This document shows positions 1-9,304 of a DNA stretch of 57,471 nt, piece after piece (within the stretch, counting starts at the first letter, position 1; the number at the start of each line of letters is the position of its first letter). Source of the DNA: Candidatus Moraniibacteriota bacterium. GTDB taxonomy: Bacteria > Patescibacteriota > Minisyncoccia > CAIUEV01 > JAHKAQ01. A program made the translations under genes and the position numbers. The DNA is taken from the NCBI GenBank assembly GCA_014729795.1, contig WJJI01000021.1:1-57471 (forward strand), in the 5' to 3' direction. Under the pieces are notes generated by a model. The model had not been told where the DNA came from. It did no database searches and was given only the letters and a program-made list of their open reading frames with translations.

Positions 1-734
1 ATTTGAGTTAAAGCGTCGGCCACGTCGGCATCTTGAATGATTACTCCTTGGATATGGCGGTGGGAGAAGATTTCAACGTAGTTGGCGTAAATACGAATGG
101 AGATTGAGCTTGAATATTTGTTTGGATCAAGAGCTTTGATCTCGGTGCCATATTTTTTTAGCTGTTTAAAGGAACGTAGATATTTTTTGATAATGGTTGA
201 ATGATGAACCGTGATATTTTTGCTTTTTATTTTTAATTTTTCTTTGGTTTCATTAACTTCGTCAAATAAATCAAGAACCTGTTCAGGAGTACCAACGGTG
301 TGAGCCTGAAATGATAAAAAGTAACGATCTTTAATGGGTTTTTTTTTCATAGTATTAAAAAATTGACTATACATTTCTTTGATGCTATCAAGGCCTTCGT
401 AGTAAGCAACGCTTACCTTTTCGTCACGTTTTTTCTTGATAGCCATAAGTTCGGGCAGAATTTTTTGCGCGTTGTTAAGTCGTTCTTTAGCGACGGTAAG
501 GCAAATTTCCGGAGACTCGGCTTTGTAAGTTTTTTGGGAGTACCTGGGAATTTTATAAGCAAAACCTTTGGCTACAAGCTGATCCAGTATTACATAAGTG
601 GTTGATTTTTTAAGACCGCTGATTTTAGAAACAGCGTAAGAAGTGTTTTTGCCCGATTGTAATAAAGCCAGATAAACCCTGGCCTCTTTTTCATTAAGTC
701 CTAAATTAGCAAGAGCTTTGCACAGAATTTGCAT
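1..734 (-). CDS. TrmB-family HTH transcriptional regulator (3' end runs off the window)
   Basis: Manual translation from ATG at 734 gives MQILCKALANLGLNEKEARVYLALLQSGKNTSYAVSKISGLKKSTTYVILDQLVAKG...VAYYEGLDSIKEMY, a TrmB winged-HTH pattern. The frame is open to position 1, so it is missing from the ORF track. Confidence 0.85.
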   Translation of the reverse strand, partial: MQILCKALANLGLNEKEARVYLALLQSGKNTSYAVSKISGLKKSTTYVILDQLVAKGFAYKIPRYSQKTYKAESPEICLTVAKERLNNAQKILPELMAIKKKRDEKVSVAYYEGLDSIKEMYSQFFNTMKKKPIKDRYFLSFQAHTVGTPEQVLDLFDEVNETKEKLKIKSKNITVHHSTIIKKYLRSFKQLKKYGTEIKALDPNKYSSSISIRIYANYVEIFSHRHIQGVIIQDADVADALTQ

Positions 735-1422
735 AATTTGATTATAATTGTTACAAAATAATTCTTAGTTTAACCCTTTGCGACTCTATAAGTCAAGAAT
801 AATGATGATTTTTTTTAAAACGAGAGGTTTGATAAAATTTTTTAAAGCCTTAGATTAGTCAAAAACATTGACTTATTTGATAATTAATCTATAAAACACA
901 AAGATAATTCACGATATGTATGCAGGAGTTTTTGAAAAACAAATCAACAACTATCGCGCTAATTTTTAATTTTCGGCAAATTTTTTGAAATTAATTTTAA
1001 TCATAGTTAAACGATTAGGCCTTGAAATGAGTTTTAAAAATTTCCTCAAAGAATGAAAATTTCGCCGCGTTGCTTGATTTTTAGAAGTTTCTGAACGGAA
1101 TTGGATTTAGCCGTGTATTTTTAGAATTTTGAATTTTTGTTATAATAAAAGTAGATAAGTAAAAAACGAACACCCTAGAACCAAATTAAATAAGTAATAA
1201 TATTACTAACACGTTAATGAAAATTAAAAAATTAAAAAACAGTTTACAGTCGAATAAGGCCAAATGGGAGTTGGCTAATGCCGGAACAAGCGGCGATACC
1301 ATGGACAGCAGAAAAAAGAATCATAAATAATGCTTGAGAAAAGATCGAGGAGTTGTATAGATGAGTTTGCAGAGAATATTTTTCCGGGCATAATAATATT
1401 TTAAAAACTATAAATTGCTTGT

Positions 1423-2523
1423 ATGACAAAGAAAGCCAGGAAGTTAATTGATTTTTGGAAATTGGGAGTGAACGGGCGACTTAACCAAGCGGCATTACTA
1501 AAACAATTGAGGCGGCATTATCCGCCTTTTTTAAGTGTGAGGATGACTCGCCATTGTATTCTAAACTGTCAACATTGTTTATACCCCAAAGCTAATGTTA
1601 AAGATTTTGATCGCGTGAATTTAAGAAGAATCGGGCTGGTTATCCAAAGCGCGGCCAAGGTCGGTATAAAGCATTTGATTTATACGGGACGGGTATTAAA
1701 GAAGCGACACTTGGATTTATTAAAAAAAGCGCAAGATTTGGGCATGAAGTTGTATTTGATTGATAACGGCAGCGCCGCAAAATTGCTTGAGGATATTAGG
1801 CAAAAAGGATTATTTTTTGACGGCGGAATTGATATTTCCATTGATGGAGACAAGCAGACTCATGAAAAGCAACGAGGACCAAACAGTTTTAATTTGGCTA
1901 TTCAGGGAGCTAAAAAATTAAGAGAGGCGGGCAGCGGGATTTCGGTTACCGCGACCGCTTCCAGTATAAATTATCAGAGCATAACGCGGGGTTTGGTAAA
2001 ATTGCGCGGACAATTGCCTTTTGTAAAAGTTTGGCAATTGGCAACTACGGTTAGTTTCGCGCATCATAAGAAAAGAATGAACTTGAATAAACAGGAAATG
2101 AAGACTCTGTTTGCAAATTTTAAAAAATTTGTTCAAAAATATGATTTAACGTTGGCTATTTATCAAAACAATGATATGGAGCCGATTCTAAAGGATTTAA
2201 ATAAGATCGGTAAGCCGGAATTTAAGTATATATCAATGTTTTGGTCTTTGGGAAAAGGCAAGGTGAAATACTTTCCGGAATCGATTGTGGTTAGTGAAGA
2301 AATACCGATTGACGCTGATGGAACACATTATTTACCATTTAAAGCCGATTATCATTTAGGAGAGCGACCAGCCGAATATGCCAGCGATTCCGATTTGATT
2401 ATCCGGGATCCGGATAAAAGTTATGAAGCGCTTGTGCAGAAACACTGGGAGACGCAAGGTAAATATAAATTTGAGCAGGAAAAACGGATGTTTGGGAAAT
2501 TGAAAAATATTGTTAATTCTTAG
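1423..2523 (+). CDS. Radical SAM domain protein
   Basis: CxxxCxxC motif (CILNCQHC) and ISIDG...HEKQRG segment typical of radical SAM enzymes. No Cys-rich SPASM tail. Confidence 0.85.
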   Translation: MTKKARKLIDFWKLGVNGRLNQAALLKQLRRHYPPFLSVRMTRHCILNCQHCLYPKANVKDFDRVNLRRIGLVIQSAAKVGIKHLIYTGRVLKKRHLDLLKKAQDLGMKLYLIDNGSAAKLLEDIRQKGLFFDGGIDISIDGDKQTHEKQRGPNSFNLAIQGAKKLREAGSGISVTATASSINYQSITRGLVKLRGQLPFVKVWQLATTVSFAHHKKRMNLNKQEMKTLFANFKKFVQKYDLTLAIYQNNDMEPILKDLNKIGKPEFKYISMFWSLGKGKVKYFPESIVVSEEIPIDADGTHYLPFKADYHLGERPAEYASDSDLIIRDPDKSYEALVQKHWETQGKYKFEQEKRMFGKLKNIVNS

Positions 2524-2702
2524 CGTTTACGAACCTGGCTGGTTTTAGATAAAATGTTGATTTTTTTTGACGATACCATGCTCAATACGTTTTCAAAAAT
2601 CTTCGCGATATACTAAAAATCTCCCAAAACAAATTAGGAAGAATTGTAAGTGTGTGATGATTGTGGTAAGTTTATAGAAACTATAATAATTAAAATAAAA
2701 TC

Positions 2703-5700
2703 ATGTTTATCACCGGTTTAGCGCGGTTAAAAAAGCGGTGGATTTTATTAATATTGGGAATCCTTGTTTTTGGTTTTTTAAGTTTTGTAATAAACACGTC
2801 CAAGACCAAAGCCTTAGAAGACCAGGAGTCGACCATAAAAATATATTACAAAAACGAATATCAAGAATTTGGCTTAATTCCGCAAACAATACACGATGCG
2901 CCTCGGTTGACCTTTGATTCGGATACAATGAAGGATCAGATCAAGATTAGGGTTTTTAAGGCGGGGGCGCGGGATCTTTTAAAACATTTAACTCATGATA
3001 AAAAACACAAGCAAACTTTGCCCAAGCCCAATAAAGCCGGAATGAGCCAATTAACAGAATTTAGTATTACAGCGGGCAAGAAAGAAACGGTTGATTTACC
3101 GATTGAAAAGATTGGAATATATTATGTGGAGGCAACCGATGGCGAGATGGAGCAAGGAGTTTTTTTATTAAGGAGCGGCTTAGGGGTTGTTTTGAAGCAA
3201 GCAGAAGATCAGCTTGTGTTTTGGTGTCAGGACTTGCAAACCAAACGCTCGTTACAGGGAGCAGAGATTGTGGCCTATAATTTACTTTACGGTCGGTCAG
3301 TCGTTGAGCGCAGCATGAGCGGAAATGATGGCATTGGGAAAATTTTGGCCAGTAAAGATGTTGATATTGTTATTGTTAAGAATGGTAACGATTATGCCTT
3401 AGTGCCAGTGAATTTGCGTTATATTAACATGGAGCACGATTATAACGTAAGTAATTTTAAGGCCGAGGAACCAGAACAGGCAATCTATATTTTTACCGAT
3501 CGACCAATCTATAAACCGGGAGACAAGGTTTATTATAAAGGCTTCATGCGCCAAGACTTAGATGGAGAATTATGGATTAAATCGGGCAAGGTCTTGGTTG
3601 AGGCTTATCTGAGGCATGGTCAAGACAAGGAAGTAGTTTATAAGCAAACCTTGGAGGTTTCGGAGTGGGGCGCTTTTAATCATGAATTTAAACTGCCGAA
3701 AAGCGCTAAGACAGGAAATTATTCTTTGAGAGTGACCATTCCCGACAATGACGACCAACAAAGAAATCCCCTTTATTATTATTTTAGGAATTCGGGTTTG
3801 ATTAATTTTGAGGTTCAATATTATCAAAAACCAGAATACACTTTAGAGGTTGAAGCCTTAAAGGATAAATATCAAGCGGATGAAGAGGTGGAAGTTGACA
3901 TTGAGGGAAAGTATTTTTTCGGTCAACCGGCGGCGAATCAGCAAGTAAATTATGAGATTTTTGCTAGAGAAATTAATACTATATATTATTCTAAAGATAG
4001 ATTAAAAAATTTGAGTCCGGAAGATTATTATAAATATAGGTCATATAAAAATCAATCAATAAAAAGCGGTCAAGTTAACTTAGATCAACTTGGCAAAGCT
4101 CAAATAAAATATAAAGCAGCTGAACTGGTAGATGATAATAGCCTTTTTTTTGTGACCATCCAAGTCTCGACTCAGGATCAAAGCAACAATCCGGTTGTAG
4201 CTCGGACTACCACATTGGTACAAAAAGGGGATTTTGTTATTCTTAACCAAAACGATCAGTATGGTTGGCAAGTTGATCAGGAAAAGGAACTGAATTTTGA
4301 ATTATTTTCAGACAATCAAGAAAAAGTTAAAAATGTTGAAGCGCAAGCTCGGATTGTGCGGAATTGGTGGTCTTATCAGGGTGAAAAGGCGGAAAATCAA
4401 ACTGAAATTATGCAAACACTAACTACAACCTCGGATAGTCAAGGCAAATTTAGCTTTAAGTTTAATCACAAGATACCCGGTAGTTATTATATTTTGATTA
4501 CGGCTAAGGATAGCCAAGATCGGGAAATCAAAACAACGTATTTTTTTTGGGTAAACGGTAATAGCAATAATCAAGATTTTCAAAAAAACAGGGATCTGAA
4601 ATTACAAACCGTCAAGGGGGAGATCGGTTCGAAACAAGACACGCAAATAAAATATGCGCCCGGGCAAACGGCTATTATTAATGTTAGTTCAGGTATGAAG
4701 AATCAGGACTTGCTTTTCACCACTGAAAGAGGTTTTTTAAAGGATTTTCAAATAATCAGTTTAGATGAAAATGGGAGCGCGACTGTGGAAATTCCCGTTC
4801 GAGAAAGTTATATTTCGAATATGTATTTTTGCGGCGCCGGTTTTGATGAACAGGGGTTGGAAAACGATTGTGCTGAGATTGACGTTGAGAACAACACCAA
4901 GGCCGTGTCTTTCCATGTAAAGACCGATAAAAAGGAGTATAGTGTTGGAGAGCAGGTAAACATGGAAATTTTGGCTTTGAATAGTGATGGCGACCCGGTT
5001 CAAGCTGAAGCCGCGGTTTGGAGTGTGGATAAAGCCATTTATGAATTAGCTGAGGATAAACAGAGAAATATTTTGGACTTTTTTTATCGTCACAGGACAA
5101 ATGACACCAATGAAGCGCATTCATTACAGGGGATTTCTATTTACGCGGCGGAAATGGGAGGTTGTTTTCCGGGTTATACCAAGGTTTTAACCGCTAATGG
5201 CGAGGAAAAACAGATCAAAGATATTGAAATCGGAGATCAAGTGTTAACCAGGAAAAATCTGCATGATTCGAATCTGGTTAAAGCCAGGATTAAAAACAAA
5301 ACTCAAGTTAAGGTTGATGGTTATATAAATATTAATGATCGACTCAAGATTACCCCGGAACATTATCTATATTTAAATGCTCGATGGCAGCGGGCGGACA
5401 AAGTTAAGGTTGGGGATAATTTGCTTGATAAAGACGGGAAAGAAGTAAAAGTAAAAAAAATTGAATGGCGAAAAGACAAACAAGTTTTTTATAATCTCGA
5501 AATTGAACATAAACATACATTCTTTGCTCAAAACATATGGGTGCATAATAATAAAGGCGGGATTGGAATGCGATCGGTTTTTGAGGATATGGCTTACTGG
5601 AATCCAACGGTTCGAACAGACAAGAACGGTAAGGCAAAAATATCTTTTAAATTACCCGATAATCTAACCACTTGGGTGTTGCAGGCAACCGGTATGACTA

Positions 5701-7895
5701 AAAACAATGAAGCGGGTCAAAGCTTTAAAGAAATAGTTGTGACCCAAGATGTGATTGTGAGGCCAATTATGCCTAAGGTTTTAAGAAATGAAGACAAAAT
5801 TGTAATTTCCGCTTTGGTGCATAATTTTACTCAAAAAACCCATGAATTCAGAGTAGATTTTGAATTTGATGCCGGAGAAGTCAAGCAAAAGCAAACGCGA
5901 ATAATCTTAGAGCCTAACCAATTAAAACAGGTGTATTTTGAGGTTGAACCTAAGATTGTCAAACAAAACGCAAAGATTAGCATTAAAGCCCAATCGATAA
6001 ATAATGAGAATATTGGAGACGCTATCGAAAAGGAAATCCCGGTAAAGCGTTTTGGTTTCATTGAGAAGATATCGGAATCTAAAAAAGGCAACGCTGAGTA
6101 TAGTTTTTCTTTTCCTGAAGATGCGGTAAACCGGGATAGTAAAGCCACGGTTTCGGTTTTTGCTTCCTATTTGGGAGCCTTGCCGGAGGCTATGGATTAT
6201 TTAGTGAAATATCCTTATGGTTGCGCGGAACAGACTACCAGTCGATTTGTGCCAATTGTGATAGCCAAGGAAAATCCGGAATTGTTCGCTCAAATTCATG
6301 AACAGAAAGAGTTGGACAAAATGATGGACCGAGGTTTGGAAAGATTGGCTAAATTACAGAATAATCGAGGCGCATGGAGTTGGTGGGGAGGAGATTATGA
6401 TGATTTTTTCTTAAGCGCTTATATCGTTGAATATTTGGTGAGAGCAGAAAAAGTCGGGGCGGAAGTTGATCCAATGATAATTGAGCGGGCTAAAAAATAC
6501 TTTGAAAGCTATCATGATAGAAATTTTGCTCAGAAAATTGACGAGTTTGAGTTTGGATTGGATCGGGGGGATAGAATCGCGATTATTTACGCTTTGACCA
6601 AATTAGATTCTGAAAGTGAATTTAGATACACCAGAATTGATAATTTTAATGATTTGCCAATGAATTATTTATTTATGGCAATTTCAGCTAACTTAGCCAA
6701 TGGTTATACAGATAAATCCAGCAATGGAATAGAGTATTTGTTAAATCGGTTAGAGGTTGAGGGAGATAGAGCGTATTTTAAAGAAACGTCGAATTGGAAT
6801 TATGGTTCAAGAGCGGGTTCAAATGCTTTGGGGTTGCGGGCAATGATTGCGGGCGGAGTGGATCAAGGTTTAACGACTAAATTAGTCAGGCAAATTATGC
6901 TTAATAAAGAAAAAGGCTATTGGTATAATAGTTTTGTTACGGCGCAAACCATTCAAGCTTTGGTAGATTATTATCATTCTCAAGGTTTGGATCAGGTTGA
7001 AACGCAATATCGGATCTTGTTAAACGGACAGGTATTTAAAACCGGGTTAATTAAAAAGTACAACCAGACTGATATTTTTGAATTGCCGGTTGATAAAAAT
7101 GATTTGGATGAAAATAAAATAGTAATAGAGAAGATTGACCAGTTTAACAACCAAACCAATAACCAAAAATTATTTTCAAATTTTAGAGCCGAATTATACC
7201 GAACCTTAAGAGAACCAGGACCTAAGGAACAGAATATGAAGATTCAAAGACGGTATATTAATTTTAGTCGACCGGATCAGCCAATAGCGGTTGGGGATAC
7301 AGTAAAAGTGGAATTAAAGGTTGAATCCCAAACGCCGATCAATTTTACGATTATCAAAGACGAATTACCCAGTGGTATGGTTTTTGTCAACCGAGAATTG
7401 GATAACGAGCCGGATAACATGGATCCTCCATCACGTAATTATTCGCAAGCGCGGGAAACTATTAGCGGAGCGGAATTGCCTATTCGTTGGTGGCGTTCAG
7501 ATTCGAATTATTATTATTTTGCTAGAGCGGTAAATGCCGGAGATTTTTTTGCTCCGCCGGCTTTAGTAGAGGCTATGTATGATCCGGATTATTTTGCTCA
7601 ATCCAAGGTCCAGCAAATCAAAATCGATCAGGCTCTCGCTGATCCAGAAAAGCAAGATGAAACCGGTTTTACAACGATTTACGGTCAAGACAGAATAGGC
7701 AATAAAGCCTCAGGCGTCTTAGTGTTAGTAATTTTAGTTATTATTTCGGTTTTACTAAGCACAGGCATGGTTTTAGTTTTAATATTACAAAAACGTTATA
7801 ATATTTTAGGTAAATTAAAAAATAAAATGAAAACTTGGCCAGCAAGGACTAATCGATCAAGACAAAAAGACCAACAGGATGAAAAACAAGATTAG
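2703..7895 (+). CDS. Bacterial alpha-2-macroglobulin with a Hint domain inserted in the bait region; N- and C-terminal transmembrane segments
   Basis: MG2 motif FTDRPIYKPGD; VDKAIYEL before the bait; RSVFEDMAYWNP and LPDNLTTW after it; thioester YPYGCAEQT; C-terminal DELPSG...YFARAVNAGDFFAPPALVEAMYDP; hydrophobic stretches at both ends. Confidence 0.93.
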   Translation: MFITGLARLKKRWILLILGILVFGFLSFVINTSKTKALEDQESTIKIYYKNEYQEFGLIPQTIHDAPRLTFDSDTMKDQIKIRVFKAGARDLLKHLTHDKKHKQTLPKPNKAGMSQLTEFSITAGKKETVDLPIEKIGIYYVEATDGEMEQGVFLLRSGLGVVLKQAEDQLVFWCQDLQTKRSLQGAEIVAYNLLYGRSVVERSMSGNDGIGKILASKDVDIVIVKNGNDYALVPVNLRYINMEHDYNVSNFKAEEPEQAIYIFTDRPIYKPGDKVYYKGFMRQDLDGELWIKSGKVLVEAYLRHGQDKEVVYKQTLEVSEWGAFNHEFKLPKSAKTGNYSLRVTIPDNDDQQRNPLYYYFRNSGLINFEVQYYQKPEYTLEVEALKDKYQADEEVEVDIEGKYFFGQPAANQQVNYEIFAREINTIYYSKDRLKNLSPEDYYKYRSYKNQSIKSGQVNLDQLGKAQIKYKAAELVDDNSLFFVTIQVSTQDQSNNPVVARTTTLVQKGDFVILNQNDQYGWQVDQEKELNFELFSDNQEKVKNVEAQARIVRNWWSYQGEKAENQTEIMQTLTTTSDSQGKFSFKFNHKIPGSYYILITAKDSQDREIKTTYFFWVNGNSNNQDFQKNRDLKLQTVKGEIGSKQDTQIKYAPGQTAIINVSSGMKNQDLLFTTERGFLKDFQIISLDENGSATVEIPVRESYISNMYFCGAGFDEQGLENDCAEIDVENNTKAVSFHVKTDKKEYSVGEQVNMEILALNSDGDPVQAEAAVWSVDKAIYELAEDKQRNILDFFYRHRTNDTNEAHSLQGISIYAAEMGGCFPGYTKVLTANGEEKQIKDIEIGDQVLTRKNLHDSNLVKARIKNKTQVKVDGYININDRLKITPEHYLYLNARWQRADKVKVGDNLLDKDGKEVKVKKIEWRKDKQVFYNLEIEHKHTFFAQNIWVHNNKGGIGMRSVFEDMAYWNPTVRTDKNGKAKISFKLPDNLTTWVLQATGMTKNNEAGQSFKEIVVTQDVIVRPIMPKVLRNEDKIVISALVHNFTQKTHEFRVDFEFDAGEVKQKQTRIILEPNQLKQVYFEVEPKIVKQNAKISIKAQSINNENIGDAIEKEIPVKRFGFIEKISESKKGNAEYSFSFPEDAVNRDSKATVSVFASYLGALPEAMDYLVKYPYGCAEQTTSRFVPIVIAKENPELFAQIHEQKELDKMMDRGLERLAKLQNNRGAWSWWGGDYDDFFLSAYIVEYLVRAEKVGAEVDPMIIERAKKYFESYHDRNFAQKIDEFEFGLDRGDRIAIIYALTKLDSESEFRYTRIDNFNDLPMNYLFMAISANLANGYTDKSSNGIEYLLNRLEVEGDRAYFKETSNWNYGSRAGSNALGLRAMIAGGVDQGLTTKLVRQIMLNKEKGYWYNSFVTAQTIQALVDYYHSQGLDQVETQYRILLNGQVFKTGLIKKYNQTDIFELPVDKNDLDENKIVIEKIDQFNNQTNNQKLFSNFRAELYRTLREPGPKEQNMKIQRRYINFSRPDQPIAVGDTVKVELKVESQTPINFTIIKDELPSGMVFVNRELDNEPDNMDPPSRNYSQARETISGAELPIRWWRSDSNYYYFARAVNAGDFFAPPALVEAMYDPDYFAQSKVQQIKIDQALADPEKQDETGFTTIYGQDRIGNKASGVLVLVILVIISVLLSTGMVLVLILQKRYNILGKLKNKMKTWPARTNRSRQKDQQDEKQD
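5163..5549 (+). other. Hint / bacterial intein-like (A-type BIL-like) domain, 129 aa, no endonuclease
   Basis: Block A CFPGYTKVLTANG, block B KITPEH (TxxH), block F VFYNLEIEHKHTFFA, block G NIWVHN. The next residues are N-K-G-G, not Cys/Ser/Thr. Confidence 0.92.
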
Positions 7896-8853
7896 CCATT
7901 TAAGCGTTGCCTTGCTGATAATTTTGGTTTTAGTCGGGGGTTATTGGTTAAATAAGGCAAAAGAACAAACAGTTAAAATTGAAGTCAAGGCAGAACCAAA
8001 AAAGCAATTAAAAACCAAAAACTCGTTTTTTGTAGATGAGGCAACAATCAAGAATAACAAAGCAACAGATTATCAAATTTACCCGACAAGAAGTTTTGAT
8101 CCGCGGTTGGCTCCTCAGGCTTTGAAAAAACAATATCACAAATTAGACTTGAACGGCTCAATAAGAGGCGCGATTGTGCCGCATCATTTGTTAGCCAGTT
8201 CATTAATCGCGGAGGTTTTTAGCCAGCTGGAATCAGAAAACATTAATAAAGTTATCGTGATTGGGCCAAACCATTTTGAAAAGGGAGAAGCTCGGGTTAT
8301 TTTAAGCGATTGGGGCTGGCGATTGCAGGGAGGTAGCTTGGTAAAGCCGGCTGTTTTTGAAACAAGAGCAATAGCGCAAAGATGTAGTTTTTGTTCCATT
8401 GAGCCTTTGGTGGTGGAGAATGAACACGCCATCGCTGATTTGACTATTTTTATTAATCATTTTTTGCCTAAAGCTAAGCTCATGCCCATTATTGTCAAAC
8501 AAGGCAGTTCTTTAGATCAAGCGCGAGAGCTGGGGCGGTTGCTAGGCAAAATTGCCGATCAAAACACAGTAATTATTGCTTCGGTTGATTTTTCTCATTA
8601 TTTGGATAAACAGCAAACCAAGGGTAAAGACAAGCAATCATGGAAGGCGATAAGGAATGGGGATTTGGTCAAAATTAAAACCTTTAATAATGATAATCTT
8701 GACTCTCCCGGTTCAATAATTGCATTATTGGAAGCTATGAATTATTTAAATGCGAATCAGGTGGAAAAAATTAGAAATACTTGCTCGCAGGAAATAATGC
8801 ATGATGCCATGGCAGAAAACACCAGTTATATAACGGCAGTTTTTGTTGATTAA
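7879..8853 (+). CDS. MEMO1-family (AmmeMemoRadiSam protein B-like) protein with N-terminal membrane anchor
   Basis: Motifs IVPHH, IGPNH, EHA and ASVDFSHY; hydrophobic N-terminus; overlaps the A2M 3' end by 17 nt. Confidence 0.85.
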   Translation: MKNKISHLSVALLIILVLVGGYWLNKAKEQTVKIEVKAEPKKQLKTKNSFFVDEATIKNNKATDYQIYPTRSFDPRLAPQALKKQYHKLDLNGSIRGAIVPHHLLASSLIAEVFSQLESENINKVIVIGPNHFEKGEARVILSDWGWRLQGGSLVKPAVFETRAIAQRCSFCSIEPLVVENEHAIADLTIFINHFLPKAKLMPIIVKQGSSLDQARELGRLLGKIADQNTVIIASVDFSHYLDKQQTKGKDKQSWKAIRNGDLVKIKTFNNDNLDSPGSIIALLEAMNYLNANQVEKIRNTCSQEIMHDAMAENTSYITAVFVD

Positions 8854-8920
8854 GTATGAAAATTGACGAGTTGAACTGGTTTGATAAACTAGAAATAAAG
8901 ATAATAATTAATTAAAAAAC

Positions 8921-9235
8921 ATGACTAAACACAAATCAGATAAAGAATTGGAAAAAGCAAAAAAGGAAATGCAAGATTCCCTGGCTAGGGTTAGAGATTT
9001 AATCGAAGCTAAGAGCAAGGATTTTTCCGAAGGAGCAAAAGAAAAATACGAGGAGTTTAGCGAAAAAGCTCAAGAAGAAATAAAGCGAATGAAAAAAGAA
9101 ATGAATGAGGCAATGGAAAAAGCGGAAGAATATGTAAAAGATAATCCTAAAAAAGCAACCGCGATTTCAGCCTCGGTTGGTTTGATGGTTGGAGCTTTGG
9201 GAGCCTTGATTTGGAAAGCCAGAAAGAAAAAATAA
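8921..9235 (+). CDS. DUF883/ElaB-YqjD-like tail-anchored protein
   Basis: Charged helical region followed by YVKDNPKKATAISASVGLMVGAL and a basic tail. Confidence 0.75.
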   Translation: MTKHKSDKELEKAKKEMQDSLARVRDLIEAKSKDFSEGAKEKYEEFSEKAQEEIKRMKKEMNEAMEKAEEYVKDNPKKATAISASVGLMVGALGALIWKARKKK

Positions 9236-9280
9236 CATATATTGAGCTTGGTTAACAATCATAGTAAAATATTTTCTTTG

Positions 9281-9304
9281 TCAGCGGGTAAAACCGCTGA
9301 TTTT
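9281..9304. terminator. Probable bidirectional intrinsic terminator
   Basis: TCAGCGG-gtaaaa-CCGCTGA stem followed by T-run, between convergent genes. Confidence 0.65.

Noticed and set aside
363..605. 80-aa plus-strand ORF
   Set aside because: Antisense shadow of the TrmB-family gene.
5163..5549. Canonical mobile intein
   Set aside because: No Cys/Ser/Thr at +1, no endonuclease, and the host is an extracytoplasmic protein. A BIL-type Hint fits better.
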